From an uncultured delta proteobacterium (GTDB lineage Bacteria > Desulfobacterota > RBG-13-43-22), in assembly GCA_963711835.1 (NCBI GenBank), contig CAVQFQ010000010.1, positions 96,001 to 160,000 on the forward strand: 64,000 nucleotides of DNA, given 5' to 3'. The notes beneath the pieces are model-generated. The model was not told the DNA's origin, did no database searches, and saw only the letters and a program-made list of their open reading frames with translations. The position numbers were made by a program, and so were the translations under genes. The first letter of the stretch is position 1; every line of letters begins with the position of its first letter. Shown piece by piece: positions 60,063 through 64,000 of the stretch.

Positions 60063-61486
60063 ATGGACTGCTCCTTATCCCTGAGGCCTATTTCTTCCTG
60101 GTAGCCGGCGTTTTTTTCATTTTTTCCATGTTCTTTCCCTCCAACCCCCGCCGGGACTTCCGGACCGCCTTTTTCCTGACGGCGGGAGGGCTGGTGGTCA
60201 GCCTTGGGGCTGTACGATTCGAAGGCTCTCTTTTTTCTCAGGTCATTCGGGTGGATTTTTTTTCCCAAGTTTTTAAAGTCATGCTGGCCGGTGGGGTCTT
60301 CCTGATCGTCTGCCTTAGCTCCGAATTGAACGGCATTGAAAGGCGGCGTCATTCTGAATTTTATTTTCTCCTCAGCCTCTGTACCTTGGCCCTGATGCTG
60401 CTGGTGAGCAGCGTCGAGCTGCTCACCATCTATCTCGCCCTGGAGCTGGCCAGCTATTGCCTCTATCTGCTGGTTCCCTTAAGGAAGGGATATGGCATTC
60501 ATTTCGAAGCGGGCCTGAAATATTTCCTGATCGGGGCGGCGACTTCGGCGGTCACGATTTTCGGACTGGCTTCGCTCTACGGCGCCACGGGGACCACCTA
60601 TGTGCCGGACCTCCGTCGGGTGCTTCCCGGCCTGATGGGGTCACCCCTGGCCTTCATCGGCCTGATTTTTACCCTAAGCGGCTTTTTTTTCAAGCTGGCC
60701 CTCTTTCCTTTCCATGTCTGGGCGCCGGGTGTTTATCAGGGGGCGGCCAACCAGGTGACGGCTTACATCGCCACTGCGAGCAAAGTGGCGGCAATAGCCA
60801 TCCTGCTGCGCATGGTCTCCTTGAGCGGGGGCGGCAGCAGGCCGCTGGTCCACATCCTGGCCGTGCTGGCCATTGCCTCCATGACCCTGGGCAATCTGGT
60901 GGCCATGGTTCAAAAGGACCTCAAGAGGCTGCTGGGATATTCAGCCATTGCCCAGGCCGGGTATGTGCTGATCGGCATCCTCAGCTTTAATGAGAGCGGC
61001 TATGCCGGGGCCATCTTTTATGCCCTGGCCTATCTGGTGATGAACTTTCTCTGTTTTCTGGTGGTGGTAAAGGTGGCCCCCGATGGCAGCAATCTGCAGA
61101 TTGCCCAGTTGGCGGGATTGCATCGCCGATCGCCTCTTTTGGCCATGGCGCTGATGCTCGGGGTTTTCAGCCTCGGAGGAATCCCCCCCACCATCGGCTT
61201 CACCGGCAAATTCCTGGTCTTTACCGCGGCCATGAAAAATGGTTATTTCTATCTGGTGTTGATCGGCATGATTAACGTGGCCGTTTCTTTGTATTACTAT
61301 GCCCTGATAGTGAAGGCGGCCTATTTCCTTGAGCCCGATGAAGATCTGCCCCGGATTTCCTTATCCTTGGCGACCCAACTGCTCACATCGGCCCTGATCG
61401 TTATCGTAGTCGGCGGAGGACTTTTCCCCGGTTATCTCTATGAACTCGCCGGAGCGGCCGCCCGTTACCTGATACCCGGCAACTGA
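60059..61486 (+). CDS. nuoN: complex I subunit N
   Basis: EAGLKYF, FKLALFPFHVWAP.VYQGA, KRLLGYS, GIPPTIGFTGK. Confidence 0.94.
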   Translation: MNGLLLIPEAYFFLVAGVFFIFSMFFPSNPRRDFRTAFFLTAGGLVVSLGAVRFEGSLFSQVIRVDFFSQVFKVMLAGGVFLIVCLSSELNGIERRRHSEFYFLLSLCTLALMLLVSSVELLTIYLALELASYCLYLLVPLRKGYGIHFEAGLKYFLIGAATSAVTIFGLASLYGATGTTYVPDLRRVLPGLMGSPLAFIGLIFTLSGFFFKLALFPFHVWAPGVYQGAANQVTAYIATASKVAAIAILLRMVSLSGGGSRPLVHILAVLAIASMTLGNLVAMVQKDLKRLLGYSAIAQAGYVLIGILSFNESGYAGAIFYALAYLVMNFLCFLVVVKVAPDGSNLQIAQLAGLHRRSPLLAMALMLGVFSLGGIPPTIGFTGKFLVFTAAMKNGYFYLVLIGMINVAVSLYYYALIVKAAYFLEPDEDLPRISLSLATQLLTSALIVIVVGGGLFPGYLYELAGAAARYLIPGN

Positions 61487-61642
61487 GGAAAGGGAATTGA
61501 TTCATTCGAGCCTGTTCCAGCAAACCTTTGCAAAAAAGCGAGGAGATTAGCCGGGTTGCGGGTTAAGACCAGCCTCCCATCCACGACCATCAAAAAGGTA
61601 TACGAAGGAGGGCGCCAGAGATCAAAAAACGGGCCAGAAGAA

Positions 61643-61816
61643 ATGGAAAAAGAAAAAGTGGAAGCTTTATGCCGGGAGTGCGGACATGGATTCAAGGTGT
61701 TCGTGGATCGGGTCGTCGGGAAGGATGATCAAAAGAGTGCCCTGGCTGAAACGATCCCCTGCCCGGTCTGCGGTTGTGGAAGCTGGTGCGTAATCCAAAA
61801 CCCGATCGGTTCTTAA
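61643..61816 (+). CDS. 57-aa Cys-rich zinc-ribbon/rubredoxin-like protein
   Basis: CRECGHGF ... CPVCGCGSWC. Confidence 0.6.
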   Translation: MEKEKVEALCRECGHGFKVFVDRVVGKDDQKSALAETIPCPVCGCGSWCVIQNPIGS

Positions 61817-61885
61817 CCGGCGGCTTAAAAAGGGTGGAATGGACCGCTTTATGAAGCCTTAATCCTTATCCGATTAGGAGGATGA

Positions 61886-62227
61886 ATGATGTTCGAACTC
61901 ATACGAAAGAGTTTCCTGGCGAGCCTCGGGGCCGCGGCGGTGACCAGGGAAAAGGTTGAATCCGTCACCAAGAGGTTGGTGGATGAGAATAAGCTCTCCC
62001 GGGAAGAAGCGGAACGATTGGCCAATGAATTGGTTGACAGCGGCCAAAAACAATGGGATGAATTTCAATCGAAGATTTCCGAGACGATCAGGAAAGGACT
62101 GGAAAGTCTGGATCTGATCACCCGGCCTGAATTTGAGAAACTAACCAGGCAGGTCAAAGAGATGGAGGCACGGCTCGCGGCATTGGAGTGCAAGACATCC
62201 CCTGCACCGGAAACACCCGCCACTTAA
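61886..62227 (+). CDS. phasin-like protein
   Basis: LASLGAAAVTREK..., C-terminal coiled coil (TRPEFEKL...LAALE); AGGAGG RBS. Confidence 0.75.
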   Translation: MMFELIRKSFLASLGAAAVTREKVESVTKRLVDENKLSREEAERLANELVDSGQKQWDEFQSKISETIRKGLESLDLITRPEFEKLTRQVKEMEARLAALECKTSPAPETPAT

Positions 62228-62274
62228 ACCGAACGGAAGGAAGGGAGGGAGCGTGGCAAACCCTTCCTCTTAAA

Positions 62275-62868
62275 TCAAAGGAAATTCCCAAGCTCTTCCT
62301 TCAATCCTTCCGGATCCCGGAAAAGGATGGTCCTCCACCCTTTTGAGGAGGCCCTTTTTATATTCTCGGAATTGTCGTCAACAAATAGAATCTCTTCCGG
62401 GTCGATACCCAGGATCTTGGAGACATCAAGGAAAAGGGAAGGGTCATTTTTCCCTTTATGAAGGCGAAAAGAATTGAAGACCGGATCGAAGTATCGCAAA
62501 AAATGATATTTTTGGTCCAGTTCCTCCAGCCAATCGGTCTGGTCGCTCAGGATCCCTACAACGAAGCCTCTCTTTCTCAGGTCCTGAACCATTGCGATCA
62601 GTTCAGGCCGCAAAATGAAGCGATCCAGTATTTCCTGGCGTAATTCGGCATCCTCCGTCTCAAAACCGGCTTCCTCCCTCAAAGCTTTCCAGTAGGCCCT
62701 TTCATCCGCCTGACCGGTAACATAGCCGGTCGAATAAACCAGGTCCCGGGCCAGGGCAAAAAAATGATCGGGATCGAGCCCCTGTCTTCGGGCGATGGCC
62801 TGGAGTCCGTTCTTGAAACCTTCCTCGGCCAGGACCCCTCCAAAATCAAAAAGTATCGCCTTTATCAT
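62275..62868 (-). CDS. HAD-superfamily phosphatase (YihX-like)
   Basis: FDFGGVL, LSD, K.DP, FVDD...N motifs. Confidence 0.88.
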   Translation of the reverse strand: MIKAILFDFGGVLAEEGFKNGLQAIARRQGLDPDHFFALARDLVYSTGYVTGQADERAYWKALREEAGFETEDAELRQEILDRFILRPELIAMVQDLRKRGFVVGILSDQTDWLEELDQKYHFLRYFDPVFNSFRLHKGKNDPSLFLDVSKILGIDPEEILFVDDNSENIKRASSKGWRTILFRDPEGLKEELGNFL

Positions 62869-63041
62869 TAGGCCCTCGCAGCCTACTTAAATAATTTCTA
62901 ATGATAGGATTCATCTTATCTTAATCCATCTCTAAAATACAGACTTCCTCTAAATATACAGGATAACCCTTATTTACTTATTCCGCCTCTCAGGTAAAAA
63001 TTAAGCCCTAATTTAAATTTCATCAAGAAGGAGAATAGGCC

Positions 63042-63195
63042 ATGGCCAAGCCGTTAAACCCGATCCCGGAAGGCTACCATACCCTGACCCCCTATTTGAC
63101 CATCCATGACGGCGCCGGATCGATAGATTTCTATAAAAAGGCCTTCGGGGCCTCGGGAAACCATGGAAGCTGTCAAGAAGGCGGAAGTAACCTGA
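63042..63195 (+). pseudogene. internally deleted VOC/PhnB glyoxalase-family gene
   Basis: AGGAG RBS; MAKPLNPIPEGYHTLTPYLTIHDGAGSIDFYKKAFGA then abrupt loss of similarity. Confidence 0.75.
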
Positions 63196-63460
63196 GCCGC
63201 AGGGGAACCCTTTAGGTAACGGCTATTGAGTTCAACAATTTCCACAACCCCCCCGCCCCCCTTTTCAAAGCGAGGCAGGGGGGATTTTTAAGATCCTCTG
63301 TTTTTACCAGGTCCGGCGAGTTCAACCGACTCTCTGTCACAATAAGTCGTGAGCTGCATAATTTCCTCCTTAAATTATTTGATAAATGCCCCGAAAAATG
63401 ATCTAATCTCTCCTAATTTTAAATCGGCAAAGAGGATTCTGATTTATCCTGGACTGATCC

Positions 63461-64000
63461 ATGTTTGAGCTCAAACGCCGCGACTTTTTGAAGATAATAG
63501 GTTTGGCCGGAACAGGCAGCGTCCTGGGCTGTTCTCCGGAAACCCCTAAGACCCTCATTCCTTACATCATCCCTCCCGAAGACATTATCCCGGGCGAGGC
63601 TACCTGGTATGCCAGCACTTGCCGGGAGTGCCCGGCCGGCTGCGGCCTTCTGGCCAAGAACCGGGATGGACGGGTAATCAAAGTTGAGGGAAATCCCCTC
63701 CATCCGGTCAGCGGAGGAAAACTCTGTGCCCGCGGACAGGCCTCCCTCCAGGGACTCTATAATCCCGATCGATTCCGGGGTCCTTTGAGGCAGGAAGGGA
63801 AGGGGAAATGGGGGCCTGTCTCCTGGAAACGGGGTGAAGAAATCCTGGTTCAAGCCCTTAATGATCTGGTCCGTAAGGGGAAGGGGGAAAGGATCGTTTT
63901 CATCAGCGAGCTGATGAACGGAAGCCTAAAGTATTTGGCCGCCCACTGGCTTTCGGAAATGGGATCCCCGGGACCTCTGCTCTATGAATCGTACGCCTAT
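63461..64000 (+). CDS. Tat-exported molybdopterin-oxidoreductase-fold subunit, ActB/QrcB-like, 3'-truncated by window edge
   Basis: not in the ORF track; MFELKRRDFLK...VLGC, LIPY..PPE..IPG.ATWYASTCRECPAGCG, KVEGNP.HP...LCARGQA...LYNPDR. Confidence 0.85.
   Translation, partial: MFELKRRDFLKIIGLAGTGSVLGCSPETPKTLIPYIIPPEDIIPGEATWYASTCRECPAGCGLLAKNRDGRVIKVEGNPLHPVSGGKLCARGQASLQGLYNPDRFRGPLRQEGKGKWGPVSWKRGEEILVQALNDLVRKGKGERIVFISELMNGSLKYLAAHWLSEMGSPGPLLYESYAY

Noticed and set aside
63419-63853. 144-aa minus-strand ORF
   Set aside because: Antisense to the Tat oxidoreductase gene beginning at 63461.

Overview
64-kb chromosomal segment from a moderately GC-rich bacterium whose gene content and repeat types suggest Desulfobacterota (deltaproteobacteria); the taxon is inferred, not shown. 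Left part: gyrA-gpsA, NlpC/P60, thiolase, class II aldolase, a GlcD/GlcF-type dehydrogenase and a DUF362 Fe-S protein. Next comes an accessory zone (13.6-20 kb) bounded by duplicated gene ends, carrying katG, perR, a Tat molybdoenzyme, a DUF4160/DUF2442 TA pair and integron attC sites with no integrase. This is followed by an ABC importer + divergent B12 acyl-CoA mutase + PaaK-like ligase cluster, a two-component system with degP, and quinone-related genes (ubiA-like, cyt b5 fusion, ubiE/menG, ubiB). A ~21-kb co-directional run gnd-zwf-tkt-tal-nuoA-BCD-E-F-G-H-I-J-K-L-M-N fills most of the right part, and an ActB/QrcB-like gene starts at the right edge. The most notable signals are three. (1) nuoI has an in-frame UGA at an Fe-S-ligating Cys position followed by a SECIS-like hairpin, a candidate selenocysteine. 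(2) NuoF has a remodelled NADH-binding motif and lies in the same apparent operon as the oxidative pentose phosphate genes, so it may be an NADPH-linked complex I. (3) The acyl-CoA mutase has non-canonical specificity residues. Several genes carry 1-2 base frameshifts, mostly in short homopolymers, which are probably sequencing errors. No tRNA, rRNA or CRISPR array was seen.
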